From NCBI GenBank assembly GCA_002633005.1, contig NMRA01000517.1, positions 180,289-244,288 on the forward strand: 64,000 bases of DNA, read 5' to 3'. Positions 13,013 through 26,192 of the stretch are shown piece by piece (position 1 is the stretch's first letter; the number at the start of each line of letters is the position of its first letter). Both the position numbers and the translations under genes were made by a program. This stretch comes from Phoronis australis. Lineage: Eukaryota > Animalia > Phoronida. The notes under the pieces are model-generated. The model was given only the letters and a program-made list of their open reading frames with translations, was not told where the DNA came from and ran no database searches.

Positions 13013-15168
13013 GCTCTTCGGGTGCAAGTCGTGAGTGGCGCTTTTATTTAAGCTTTATTCGATTACGGATTGTGTATTAGTTATGGGGTAGGTACTTCTT
13101 GGATCCTTATAACATTCTCTAACCATGTAGTAAGGGTTAACAATATGTGCTTCTTGGACTTTAAAAAAATCTTAGCATGCAGCGCTACCTTGCAATTACT
13201 TTGATGACAACAGCGTCACATATTGTTTACTTCGATTTCCGTTAACTACTGAAGTCGGTATGAACGGTTTACTTAACTTCATGATTTACGTCAACCAGAA
13301 TAAAGTCAACATGAAAAAGGGCCTCATGTGTCTAGTACAAGAAACAAGCTTTATTTTATGACAGTTATATTGAGAGCTACACCAGATGGCAGCTTGTACC
13401 AAGAAGATATAATGTGACTTATTCAGTTTTAAGTGGTGTCGTTAAACAGACAATGAAAATTTAATTATTGCCAGTTTGTCACGTAAAGTCATGATGTCAA
13501 TAACTACACTTAGCCGCCAATAGAAAAACTATTGAGTACTTCCGTAACTCACCGGCAATTTCCATACCGTCCTTGACCTCGACGGGCCCAGGGTGGAAGT
13601 GTGTGGGGGCTTCTTGTGAACATTTTTGTTCTTTGACTGCGAATTTCTTACGAAGTCGCCGTAACAGGACACCGTGAATGGTATTGGGAGAAAGAACAAT
13701 TCTTCATGGTTTGTTGAACCCCTGTTTTGTGTAAATTTATTGAGTTTTATGTTTGCTATCGACCGCTGAAGTGAAGCACCCGTGGAATTTCAAGTCCGAA
13801 GTGTCATAACTTGTAGTATTATATGTAGTATATTGGGGACAATCAGAAGCTGAGGACGCCTTGTTTTGAATGCGGTAACAACAAGTTGGTTTACCGACAA
13901 CGAGTTGGACTAACAGTGGAAAAAGCAAGTTCAAAATTTTTGAAAATTCACAAAATTTAAGTAGCAATGTCACGATAAATAGTACTGAAAATTCTTAAAT
14001 TAAAATACTACTTGTGAGGAAATCACAACAGATGCTAGCAACACATTCTCAGGAACATCACATTGACAATGTCATTGTGGTGTGTCTATCCAGGTACAGA
14101 GTTGTCTTCTATCGCTATCTTCATCCATTTTCTCTTAGCTGACACCATTCGAAAGTTCAAGAAAATATATTTCATAACATTTGAGTAATCTTCTCCAGAA
14201 ATACCACAGATTGTACATGAAATTAGAAAGAATGTGAAACGGTGTCGAATATGGTACACTTACATTACTACGCTACTTATTTACGGACAGGTTACGTGAC
14301 TAGGGGCCGGTGGCCTGTTCATATGGAATAAATCTATCGTACATATAATGTGACTGATGAAAGAGACGCCCCGACAACTAAACCAGAGACGGAAACGTGT
14401 TCACGAAAAACTAGTTTTCAGTGAAATTGAAAACAGAAAAGTCGAGCATTGAATGGATTTGAGAGAAACAAGAACATTAACATGTAAACAAAACAGCAAA
14501 CTCACCACAAAACCAGAATCAGACAGTCAGTTTATCGCCTACTGTCTTTTCCCAAAGAAGCACGAGACAACCGAACTGTAAAAATTAAGAAATTTCACAA
14601 AATGACATTACATCTGAAAGCACTGAACACAACTGTGCAGGGAATATGGCGAGAAGTGTTGTGATGTCATCAGAAATCGTGTTGTAGTAATGACGTAGCC
14701 GATGTACCGGCTAGTATCTCAGCCTTACAAAAGATGTCAGTCTGATGTCGATACGAGCAGCTGGTGGCATCATAGACTATGGTGGCATCTGCGGTTTGAC
14801 TAGCTTGAAAAGCGGGACTGACATCCGCGGGATGAAAGGCGAGGACTTTATTTCTATTCCGAAGCGTGGCAGATGTTGTGCAGTAACACCAAAGATACTA
14901 TAAAATCTTTGGTAACACTCGAAAACGTCCTATTGGTGATTTTTTTGTTTTTTTAATAGAGCGGGAAAATACGAGTGCCCATGCGCCGCCAAAAATGGTC
15001 CAGTCGTTTTGCGCCGGAAACGGTCCGGAAATAGAGTTACTACATGGCCGCACGACGACGGACAGTGATTGCGTCAAGCAAGTGGGACATTTTGGTGGTG
15101 TGGCGGGGGAGCCAGTTGGCAACTAAGGGACAAGGGCCACCCTTTTCATTGCAAAATTCCTCAATCCA

Positions 15169-16005
15169 ATATTCATGACGGCGACATCCCGTTGCTCCCA
15201 ACTTGTTCGAATCTATAGCCCAACAACAAGTTGGAAAGTTTACCCCCTTAACCAATATCTTACACGACTGATTGACTCCATTCTGGCGAAAAGTTACTGA
15301 ACGACAGAACGCTGTTAGCTCAGCCATTCATGAGACGTACCCGGTCCGGCGCTTCCTCTGCCTAAGATCGCCAACTGTTGCCGATATGTCTGTCTACGCA
15401 TAAGGAAAGTGACCGTTGGGTACTCGGATCAGTAAGCGAAGGCCATTATAGCGTTCTGTCGTTCAGTAACTTTTCCAGACGTGAGGGGTGATGAACGTGC
15501 AATAACATCTAGCTCTTTTGTTAACTGCCCAGCTCAGTCTTTTCTCCCGTATGATAACAAGCAGGCTTCAAAGGAAACGTACCAGGTGGTTGCACGCTGT
15601 TTGGCGAACGCGTATGAACACAGTCAAACCCAGTGCGTTGGTAATCCGTTTGGACAGAATAGTGTTGTAGTTCTTTTGGGCGATTTTGGTGATTCAAAAA
15701 CGGAACATGATCAGCATTTGAAGAGGAATTCATAAATGCTATTGGTTTAAGCTCAAATGTATTATAACTTAACTTCCATTTTATCAGCCCAGCCCAGTCA
15801 GGCTAGATTGGCCTAAGACCTGATCGGAAATAATTAGAGCAATTATCGAACAAAAGAGCGCCGGCCTTCCAACCATAAATGCCAGAATGGAGTTAATCTC
15901 GTGTAAGGTATTAGCTACTGGGGTAAACTTCCAACTTGTTGTTGGGCTATAGAATCGAACAAGTTGGGAGCCAGGGGGCAACGAGGTGTCGCCGTCATGC
16001 AATAT
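15169..16005. repeat. Element with ~80-bp outer inverted repeats enclosing a second ~30-bp IR pair
   Basis: 15169-15247 is inverted to 15919-16005; 15282-15313 (gaaaagttactgaacgacagaacgct) is inverted to 15449-15479. Confidence 0.8.
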
Positions 16006-16540
16006 ACCTAACCGAGACAGTATATAGAGATAGTGTTCAGTTACCTCACGAAGTGTGCTTTAATTAACGAATTGCAATTACTATTGCACACCCAACCGGA
16101 CGCGCCCTTATCACGAACACCGGAAAGTGACAATTTCACGCCTGCGCGGCACTTCCACCGTGCCCGCACTGGTTGCGCCGGTGTTTATGATAAGACTTCA
16201 TATCTCCAAAGTTTCATCAAGATGACACTTTTTAAAATAATCATAAAGAAGCAAACCGGTAAATACTCACAATGGCTGTCATGAACGTAACCATGACGAT
16301 GGCTAGCGACAGTGACTTCAGTTGAGGTTACTTTTTCGACGGTATAACTTAAGTTACAAAACGTAAGCAGCTATAAATCCTATATAGTTACGCCCGAGAA
16401 GTAAACATTTTGATTTAAACCACCCTGTCTGCTCAGTGGCTTATCATATTAGTCGGATGAGAAATGATTTTTGTGTTTGTTAAGAAGTCGGGGCCCCGCA
16501 TAAAATGACGTCACGCTTGCTGGTAGATAGCGAACTGTCA

Positions 16541-17450
16541 GTTCTTCCAAAGTCACGCCCAATTTGACTAAAAGTTACAACGATGAGTTGTTTACCAAAC
16601 ATTTCTTTATGCGATGACTTAGCGTGCAAAACGATCCCATTTCAGTGTCGTCAAGTGTGCTTCGTAAAACATAAAGAATTATTGCGCGCGGCGTGGCGGT
16701 AAACTCTACCAGTGTTTTGAAGCACAGGTAACTTAGAAAAAAGAACACTGACTCACCCTTTAGTCAAATCTTTAGGTAAACGGGTGGCGTAATTAAAAAC
16801 AGGAAACTGGAAGTCCTTTATTTTGCAAGTCTTTGTAATGATTAGACCTCAGTTCATTTCGTAATTACATCCGGTCAGTTCCCAACTACCCCTGTACAAC
16901 ATAATTACACATTCGCTTCATAAATACACCCGTAGTTCATAACTACACCTGTACAACATAATTACACATTCGCTTCATAAATACACCCGTAGTTCATAAC
17001 TACACCTGTACAACATAATTACACATTCGCTTCATAANAGTTCTTCCAAAGTCACGCCCAATTTGACTAAAAGTTACAACGATGAGTTGTCTACCAAACA
17101 TTTCTTTATGCGATGACAGCGTGCAAAACGATCCCATTTCAGTGTCGTCAAGTGTGCTTCGTAAAACATAAAGAATTATTGCGCGCGGCGTGGCGGTAAA
17201 CTCGACCAGTGTTTTGAAGCACAGCCGGGTAACTTAGAAAAAAGAACACTGACTCACCCTTTAGTCAAATCTTTAGGTAAACGGGTGGCGTAATTAAAAA
17301 CAGGAAACTGGAAATCCTTTATTTTGCAGTCTTTGTAATGATTAGACCTCAGTTCATTTCGTAATTACATCCGGTCAGTTCCCAACTACCCCTGTACAAC
17401 ATAATTACACATTCGCTTCATAAATACACCCGTAGTTCATAACTACACCT
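16541..17450. other. ~430-bp duplication joined at a single N (17038)
   Basis: 16541-~16970 is repeated from 17040 with a few small indels. Confidence 0.9.
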
Positions 17451-17660
17451 GCAATCCTACACCTACAATACATCCTCACTTCATAATTATACCGTCAGTT
17501 CATAACTACCGGGTGACCTTGAGTTCATGATTAAACTTTCACTTCATAATCATGACATCACTTCAAAATTACACTTTCGCTTCAATTACATCTTCGCTTC
17601 ACAATTACACCTTCAATTCAGTACACTTCATAATTACACCTTCGGCTTCATAATTTAGTA
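16890..17660. repeat. 57-bp repeats built from ~19-bp ttcataattacac subunits, interrupted by a duplicated block
   Basis: Units at 16891, 16948, 17005 and 17391; degenerate continuation to about 17660. Confidence 0.85.
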
Positions 17661-17789
17661 TACTTCGGCAGCCTCTCTGGTGCATAGTTTTAGGTTCATG
17701 TTGATTTCAATGAGATTTTGAGAAGAGAATAAGACGAGTTCCCAGTGCTGTTGCCTATTGTAAAAATTTTTACACAGCGACTTCGTTGT

Positions 17790-18037
17790 GTTGTCCTTAC
17801 CGGCACTAGGCTAATACCATACGTTATGTTGTCCTTACCGGCACTTAGGCTAATACCATACGTTATGTTGTCCTTACCGGCACTAGGCTCATACCATACG
17901 TTATGTTGTCCTTACCGGCACTAGGCTAATACCATACGTTATGTTGTCCTTACCGGCACTAGGTTAATACCATACGTTATGTTGTCCTTACCGGCACTTA
18001 GGCTAATACCATGCGTTATGTTGTCCTTACCGGCACT
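17790..18037. repeat. Minisatellite, 38-39-bp unit, ~6.5 copies
   Basis: gttgtccttaccggcactaggctaataccatacgttat, head-to-tail with no spacers. Confidence 0.95.
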
Positions 18038-18039
18038 AT

Positions 18040-20100
18040 TATTTTCCTGCAGGCAGATTATTTTGACATTTTCACCCCTGTTTCCATGGTCAGCGAATTT
18101 ATTAGGGCAACTTTTTCGTTACATAAATCGTCAATTAGCATAATTTTTTGTACATTAGGGCCGCTATTATTCAAAATTCTTGTGCATACACCTATACTGT
18201 ACAAGGCACCACAGATGAACTATCATGATATTTGAGCCTATGTTCCTATAGTCAATTACGTTAAAGAAATCAGTTGGCATGTTGTTGCATGACAAGTTTG
18301 TATAATTATTGAAATTTGCATAATTTATGCAAATTAAGGCCGCCATTATTCAAAATAGTGTGCTTTTAGCTGGGGTATTATCACCACAGGTAAACTATTA
18401 TGATATTTGAATCTATGTACCTATGGTCAATTAGGATACTAAAATCAGTTTTCAAATTGCATGATCAATTTGCATAAGTTATGAAAATAAAGGCGGGTAT
18501 TATTAAAAATTCTGTTTCTCACCTGCTCGTATCTTTCTCCGTCACGGGAGCACTACATGTAGATTATTTTGATATTTGTACTCATGAATTTAATGCAATC
18601 TGTCATCACATCATAAACATAATTAATCAGTAATTAAGTACGCAACATTACAAATTCTATTTTTTTCTAATACCCAATAGATGACCGAATTGTTTAACTG
18701 CATAAGCCCAGGACAACAATCTATCGAATGAAGAACAATCACAAGATGTTTCAAATGCTAATTCAACTCTCAGAACGTGAGCACACTACAGAACAACATG
18801 CCCAAAATTTTGTGTGGGGCAGACAATTGGCGTTGCAACTGTATCTACTTGAATTATGTGTTATCTTTGCAGTCACACCGAATCATCTCCAGTATGCAAT
18901 AGAGGCGAGTTGGATACCATGCAGATGGTAAGAGTGATTTATTTATGACATCTTTCTTCCATCCATAGTCCACTGGATCTAGAGCTAGTGACATTCCGCC
19001 ACATGACTGACTGTTAGTGAGCTCTATTTACGTTCTCTCTAAATGCCTCTCTTGTCGATGACAGAGTACACAGTTTGGGGGCGGAAGTATAACCCTTGCT
19101 GTGTTCTTACCCATACTGGTTAGTAGTCTTGTTCGTCACATCTTCCTGATTCTCGTCATTCCGTAACATGCACACATGCATTCTGTCACCTGTTTTATGA
19201 CATCACAATAATGCGCGTTAATAGTGCCGATGGCACACAGGTCATGTTCAGCCCTCTATATTTTAACGATGGATCCATCTCCACAGTAGCATACCACCGT
19301 GTTACACATCTACAGCGCATAGGCAGGGAGGAGACCTTCACAATATCACTGCATGTTTACATTGTCAACTTAATGATTGTGGTATTTGAATCTGTTTCTT
19401 GTCATAGTAATGCACACGATGCACAAATACATTTGTGTCAGCTGGAACAACAAAAAATTTGCTAACTTCAAATGGAACATGTCACGTCTTGCTGCACAAT
19501 AATGGAGCCGCCTTCTTCATGGGATGACTCCAGCAAATACCTGCTGCCAATGTCCTTGTATAATGTTAAGGGACAGGGATCTTCATCAGTGATTTCCTAC
19601 TTGTGTTCCTTACGTACTGAAGACATTGCCTGTCTAATGCTTATTGTTTCATCTATATTACATAGGCGGATTTGCCCCCCCCCCTTGGCTGCTGGAAAAA
19701 ATAAAAGAGCAAGAGTGTGAGGAAATATTGAGTTTTTTAATTTACTTAACTAACCCCTGTAATTAACATGATTTTACAATGTCTGCAGTTTTAGATTGTG
19801 CGTGCGTAAGAATCGGTTTGCCGTTTTTTTTTTGTTTTTTTTTTGTAGTCCGCACCCCTCACAAATTCGAGTCCACGCGAGCGTCCTTTGCCCTTCGCGC
19901 GCCGGGTTCCCCGAGACAAGATATTGTGGCCCCGCTTATGGTATCCTAGATCCGCCACTGTATAGATTGTTGGAGTAGCAGTTCTGTCACTGCTAATATT
20001 CCCTACTGGGCATCTACATCAAGACATGTCTTACTTTCTTCTGTGTGATAGGTTTCAGTACAAGATTTCTCTTCATCTCTCCAAGGGTTGCTTCAAGCAA
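18040..20100 (-). mobile_element. Academ-type DNA transposon remnant (XPG/PIN-like and C-terminal Cys-rich regions), boundaries approximate
   Basis: Degraded minus-strand motifs in the expected order: SSHEEGGSIIVQQ (~19520), VVPADTNVFV (~19440), LLPAYAL*MCNTV (~19320), PKLCTLSSTREAFRENVNRAH*Q..W (~19040), LDPVDYGW (~18970), MIRCDCK...YSC...LPHTKF (~18870). Many stops and frameshifts. Confidence 0.7.
19661..19960. mobile_element. GC-rich-ended MITE inserted in the Academ remnant
   Basis: Ends cataggcggatt ... atcctagatccgccactg. Related ends occur at about 21487-21631, 24252 and 27710. Confidence 0.55.
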
Positions 20101-20385
20101 CTTGTGCCCAGAGCTTAAAGTGTAATTTGCAAGGTTCAAGCATGTTAAATTGCAATACTATCTTCAAGGTATTGTTATTTGGATGTATTTTATTCAAATT
20201 AGTGTATAATTGTATCTTTAGTTATTTTAAGAAAGCGAAAATAAAAATAAACGCGAAAAGTTGACCTTTGACACCGTGACATGGTGTTGGGAACACAAAC
20301 TAGATCATATCCCACAATGCACTTCACCGCCATTATATCACAGTACACGACAAACAAAGACCTTCAATCTTGGCGTGTTTTAGCA

Positions 20386-20634
20386 ATGGTGCATCGGTGT
20401 GTGTGCGCTAACTGTTCTAATATCACCCAGGTGGAAGGCGTGAGCCCATTTAAATTCCCAAAGGACAAGCATCTGGTCGCGTAATGGCACGTTTTCGTGT
20501 GCACTGCTCGTCTTTGGAAAATGACTGTCGAGTCAGCCTTCTGTCGGAGCCCGGCGAAATATGCTCCGACCATTTTAGGACGGCTGCTTCGACGACAAAC
20601 ACATCATGCAGGTTGAAGGTTGTCTCGTGAAAAG
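20386..20634 (+). pseudogene. Degraded THAP zinc-finger domain (transposase N-terminus)
   Basis: MVHRCVCANCSN...SPFKFPKDKHLVA*WHVFV..., then after a frameshift ICSDHF: the C2CH THAP pattern with FP and W. Internal stop at 20482; donor aag|gtaagt at 20635. Confidence 0.8.
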
Positions 20635-22674
20635 GTAAGTTACCTTTATAATTATGATGTCTAAGAATTCATGACGCTTTCGCAGTGCCTGAACAATAAC
20701 GATCTTTATAAAGATCTTTTTTCACAATCACCATAGTTCTCAAGTGCTTAAAAATTTGTTGATTTTCAATGAAAGATTTAGTTATAAATGGATCAGTAAA
20801 TTTAAAAACCACAGCCAAGAAAGCTGATCTCAAAATATGCATGTATTTTGAAAAGAATGCAGACTATGAATAAAGTAAAACACGATGGTAACTCAATTCC
20901 AAGGTTTTGATTATAAAGTAATCTGCTTCAAAATAAAAAACAGGACTAAAATCTAGTTTGGGCTTTTGCTTGAAGGTGATAAAAGTAGGAAAAAACTTGC
21001 AATTAGACGTCGTCGTGTTTTACTTTAATCATGGACTACTCGGGATTCAAAATGTTTTTTTTACTTTTGAATTGCTGCTGTTGTGCTTTTCAGAGTATGT
21101 GTATGAAGTAAGGGAAACACGTTGCACCCTTAGTGCGGAACAGAGAAGCTGGTGATCTTGAAAGTCGCTTAGAAATTGATTGCCCCTCCAATGCCGATTG
21201 CCGGTGCTCCAGATGCGTCCAAGGAGGATGCCGTGGTACAGATGAGGATCCGTTGTCCAAATAAATTCAGACTGGCTGCTTTGTCAAATGGACAGCACTG
21301 GAATTACTTTCCGTCACATACTTGACAGTCGCTACCAATGTTTTAGATTAAACTTTTGAGGGTGGTACAGATAGCAATGCCAGAGTGTTTATTATAGTAC
21401 CAGTACTGGAAATTGTGAAAAAGGTTTTGTGCTATCCCATTTGTATAGATAAACACGGTGATATGCTATGATCTTATGTTGAAACCAGTGTAGGATTTAG
21501 AGGGGGGCATGGTCCCCCCTAAAATTCTCCTAGATTCCATTTGACAGTTCTGTGTGGAAATGCCTGACGGGCAAAATCATGGTTAATACTGTGTCCTGGC
21601 CCCCCTAACTCAAAATCCTGGATCTGCCCCTAGAAATATTTCAATCTTTCTTCAATAGAGTGACTATAAATATTGTTGCATAGCTTTTTAGGTATATTTG
21701 ATTTGCACTAAACTGTTGCTGTCCCATACAGTGCATGTTTGGGTCATCAGTCTTTTTTTGCCACGATATCATCCAAATTGTACGATTAATCAATTGCACA
21801 GAATTCGAACATTTTCTTGAGAATTTTTGAGTGAGCGGTACTAGCACTCACTCCAGATTTCTCACTTCCTGCACATGTGTGTACTTTTTGTGTTTTTATA
21901 CCACGTCGTAGACATCTAAAACTATCGCATACTGGAGCTTTTGGGTTGAGATTTAGTGATTGCTGTGTTGTGTTAGTTGATATCTAATTGAATTACAATA
22001 GAACTCGCTAAGTTGGATCCAGTGAGGCAGATATTTAATCAAAGTCAGAGTTATTTGGAGGCGTTACTGCGGAATAAATGCTAACCTTTCTAAAGTTCCA
22101 CTGAAGCACTACCAATTTAAAGAGTTCTACTGTATAAGAAGAGGGCAGGAGATTCAGTCTCGACCTCAGACAATGGCCCAGATTCAAAACTTAATTTTTT
22201 ATGTAACAGTCATACTGTTCAATGTGTTCACTTCAAGCACCAAACTGGCCTCCAATGTGACCAATTCCTCTGTTTACCAAGCTAAACCATACGTTTAGCT
22301 GATGTTGAGTTTAGAGGTTTATAATGTCTGAATTACACTTGTCATGACCATGTTATTATATGTAACCAGGTTGATGAGCATCAATAAATGCTGCTCGCTG
22401 TGTCAATTATTTACCATTCTGAGAGGCACAGAAGTCTATTCATGGAATGCCAACTTCCATTTCTTGCCACTGAGGTTGTGCTGCGATTGCATTCGATTGT
22501 TACGATGTTTGTTCTTTCTATGGAATTTGTCACTACAACGTTTTGCAACTTATCCGAATTACATAAGGCTAGTCCCTGAATCACAACATTTAATAATAAA
22601 ATACATTGGTCATGTGCAGGAGTTGGCATTACAGGGCTAAGACAACTGCTGATATCTATAAATGGATGAAACTA

Positions 22675-23082
22675 TTAAGAAAATTCATGGAACTCAAAAT
22701 CCTCATTTCTTGGCTGAGGGTAGAAAGCACTGATGCAAACTACTGCGCATGCTGGAATGACACCGCAGACAATTCGTCCTAAGTGACCGTGTACCCATCT
22801 TTGTAACTGTCTGTTGGCCACGTGTCGCATCCGTTTATCCAAGGGCCTGTCATAACCATTAGGATATTGACTTTTATATTGCAGCCATGCAGTCTCCAAA
22901 ACACCACGATTGATGCATACAGATTTAAAACCCCCATGCGCATGCGCTACAATACATTTTTTCTTCTGTTTAAGTTATCATGCTTCATTTCTTCATCAAG
23001 TTTTGCAACAACCATGTCGATCTCTTGACAACACACTCTTTCTTCAACTACTAGGGTTGTCTGACAGTCGCCAGAGGTGCAC
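22675..23082 (-). pseudogene. P2X7 cytoplasmic ballast-like (P2RX7_C / KolX-type) Cys-rich domain, frameshifted
   Basis: After acceptor ttttgcag: CTSGDC...ERVCCQEI...(frameshift)KCIVAH..GFKSVCINRGVLETAWLQYKSQY...KRMRHVANRQLQRWVHGHLGR....IPACAVVCISAFYP. This matches the recalled pattern CxCxxC..ExxCC..CIxxHxGFxxVC..YRQ..W..GxLG..R..IPxC. Confidence 0.8.
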
Positions 23083-23947
23083 CTGCAAAATGTGTCAACA
23101 ATAATACATTACTTCACTAAACATCAAAATTTCGAATTGAAAAATTTACCAACAGCGCCTTAAGTTTGCCAAAATTAATTGAGGGGTCTGCATACGACTT
23201 CATTTTTCAAGAAAATTGATTGTTTAGAGTAAACCACACTTGAGCAGTGACCTGTTTACAACAGAATAAAAATCAAATCTGTTTCCAAAAAACAAACTTT
23301 GGAACATCGCAACCTATTTACTTTTTAAACAAATATATAGTGGTACACCCAAGGCAGTAGTAGATCATGACCGGGGGATATATGTACGGGCATTAGCAGC
23401 CGATTTCATAAATGTGGTTTACCAAAACTAGGTTTAAGACTTTCTAACCTGGTCTTCCTAAACCTGGTCTAATTTTAGACCTAACCTATGGCTAAGTATA
23501 GGCTCTCCCGCGATATCCCAGGCGACCGGCAGTGGCGCTGCACACTACGACTCCGTTTCCGTCGTCTGCTCCACTGTGCAATGAAGAAAATTTACTTCAT
23601 TTTTTAAAGAAAATGGAACCTGAATGACGATGAAAAAACAGAAGCTGCTGGTCAGATGTGAATTTTAATCGAAGCCTTAATGAATCACTCAGAAACTCAT
23701 AATTCTCTCTTTGTCAAACCTTAACTTAAGACGATTTTCAAAGCAATCCCGTCATTATTGCCAACACGAAAAACGGATTTGGTCTTTTGGGCATTTGAAG
23801 ACTATTTTAAATACAACAAATTTGTTAAGAACCGATTGCACAAAATATAAAACTTGTAATAATCATAACGAACAGAAGTTGGTTTCGCGCGCAAACGCTG
23901 TGGACCATAAAAAAGTAGGTTTCTCAGTACATGATTAGCAGTTAAAT

Positions 23948-24010
23948 CGTGGTGGTGTAGTGGTAAAGCACGCGCGCCCTATCCGCCAGGTTGTGAGTTC
24001 GAGTCTGTGG
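23948..24010 (+). mobile_element. tRNA-derived SINE head (degenerate)
   Basis: GGTGTAGTGGTAAAG (A box, shared with the 9.37 kb copy) and GAGTTCGAGTC (B box). Confidence 0.55.
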
Positions 24011-24685
24011 TACTTGCAGCTTTCCCTGTTTGACACGTTCTCCGTGTTTTTTTTTTCCTTTTTTTCTTGGATAATACTTCAGGAATCAAGGAAAATGCTT
24101 AATTTTTAGAGGAAAAAACAGAAAATTTTCCTGGGCGGGAGGGGGGTTTGCCCATTCGGTGCTGTGCGCATGTACAATCGTGGTTTACGCAAATGCTTAC
24201 AGCCGGACAAAATGTTGCCCCCCCCCCTTGTGATATCCTAGATCCGCCACTGCAATTTATTGATTTAGTGCCAAAAATAACGGCAATTTGCCAAAATGAC
24301 ATTCAAATCACCTTCGGCTGAAGCGATGCCTCGGTCAACGTAACTTTTCTCCTATAATTAGAAGACACTAGCCTAAACCTCTACGTGCCCTTCCTAAAAG
24401 TGTTACGCTTTGAAGTCATGTCTCTGTTTTCACATTGGAAGTAAAAAAACGAAAATTCATCAAATTTACTCACCTTGCCTGGCTTCTCTTCTCGCGCCAA
24501 ATTTCGTTCCCGATCGCCTTCCGGTCGTTCTCGATCGCGGGTTGGCCGAGGTGTATTGCAAAGCTTCAAGTGCTGTGTCCAATTGAGGCCGGGTGTCCAG
24601 TGGAAGACCGGCAGATCTCTATCCGAGTCTGCCACATTGTCCTTAAATGACGTTGTATGAATGAAAACGCATAACGGAGAGAAAA

Positions 24686-24704
24686 ATCACACACACGAAC
24701 GCGC

Positions 24705-24741
<37 letters not shown>

Positions 24742-24750
24742 TGCACACAC
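24686..24750. repeat. (CA)n/(GCAC)n microsatellite
   Basis: gcgcgcgcacgcacgcacgc... Confidence 0.95.
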
Positions 24751-26032
24751 ATTAAATGTTGCACCTCATGTTCACGCCCATGACTTTTCTGTATTAGTTG
24801 AAGACAGCCGTGTTCAAGATGTTTTGCTGAAAGCTGCCCACGTACACACGAAATATTCAGGGTGTCCCATCGAAACAGGAACCCCAGTGTATAATATTCC
24901 GGAGTCGAAAACAAACATCATTTCCCGAGAGATTTCTTAGAATTTTAGGAAATGTCGCTTGTGCATGCCACGGGCGTACTGTTTTCAAAACGAGACGTTT
25001 ATTTAAAAGGCGGAGAATTATTAGAAAATGATGTTTATTAGATTGTGTTTTTTTTCACTTAAACGGCTGAGGGTAATTGTTTTCAATATCACGACATTGG
25101 CCTAAAACATAATTTTGGTATCGTTGGATTCCTCGCATTGCTAACATTCCAAAAATACACGAAATTGTCTCCTGCCCCGTCTACTATTCAGAATCGACGA
25201 TGCTGTTTCATTTATTAGCAACAGGTATTGCTGTAAGTTGAGTTGACCAATCATGGCAGTACCAACCGAGAGATACATGTAGTGCGCACAGAAATTTGAC
25301 GCCAAAAAGTGAGCGGAAACGCGGTAGGGGACACATGCATACATTTTTGGAATGAGAACGATGGGCTGGAATAGAGGTGAATGTCGTCATATTGTAAACA
25401 GTTACCAAGGTAAGTATCATTTGACTCAGATTTTGCATGCGGTAGGTAGAGCACAGGTTTGATATTCGCGTTTATTAGCGTTGCTTTGTGTTTATTTAAT
25501 GAATGACTTTTTAAAGGACGTTTGTGTGTTTAGTCAAATGCCTAAAAAATCGTAGATTCTAAATCACCATATATTTTTTAAACGTAGGCTTTTAGAATGT
25601 GATTTATTGAATTTTCATCAGTCTGCCATTAATTGGGTCATGTGGTCAGGTATTTTATTATAATTTAGCAACAAAGAAAGATACATTGATAGCAATAATC
25701 GGAATCAATAACATAACTGAATTCCATGTGATATAAGTGATCAAGAAAAAAACTAAAAAACGTCGTTAAATTTTTCTTAATTAGGCATATTATTTCGTTT
25801 TCGCTTTATCTAACTTTTTTGTGAACACCAGAGAAGTCGTATAAGTTGATATCTTCTCAGAATTGTAAAAACAATTCCTCATTGTGTTTTGGAGAGCAGT
25901 GCCTACAACAAAGTATCAGAAAGTTTCGAATTATCGATCAGCTGTTACCGAGATATGATGTTCCCAAAGTAGTCAGATTTAGACATTAGTGTGATCCTAT
26001 TATTCTGTGCTTGAAAACATGGTCAGTTTCGT

Positions 26033-26192
26033 GGCTAGATGTCTAATGGGGGTCTTGATGACCTCAGTGGCCGGATGTCTAATGGGGGTCTTGATGACCT
26101 CAGTGGCTGGATGTCTAATGACCGTCTTGATGACCTCAGTGGCCGGATGTCTAATGACCGTCTTGATGACCTCAGTGGCCGGATGTCTAATG
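26033..26192. repeat. Minisatellite, 36-bp unit, ~4.5 copies, ending at an N
   Basis: gatgtctaatg(ggg/acc)gtcttgatgacctcagtggccg. Confidence 0.95.

Noticed and set aside
17790-18037. CRISPR-like array (also 41325-41826, 50219-50574, 60413-60535)
   Set aside because: Units are head-to-tail with no unique spacers, there are no cas genes, and the context is eukaryotic; these are minisatellites.
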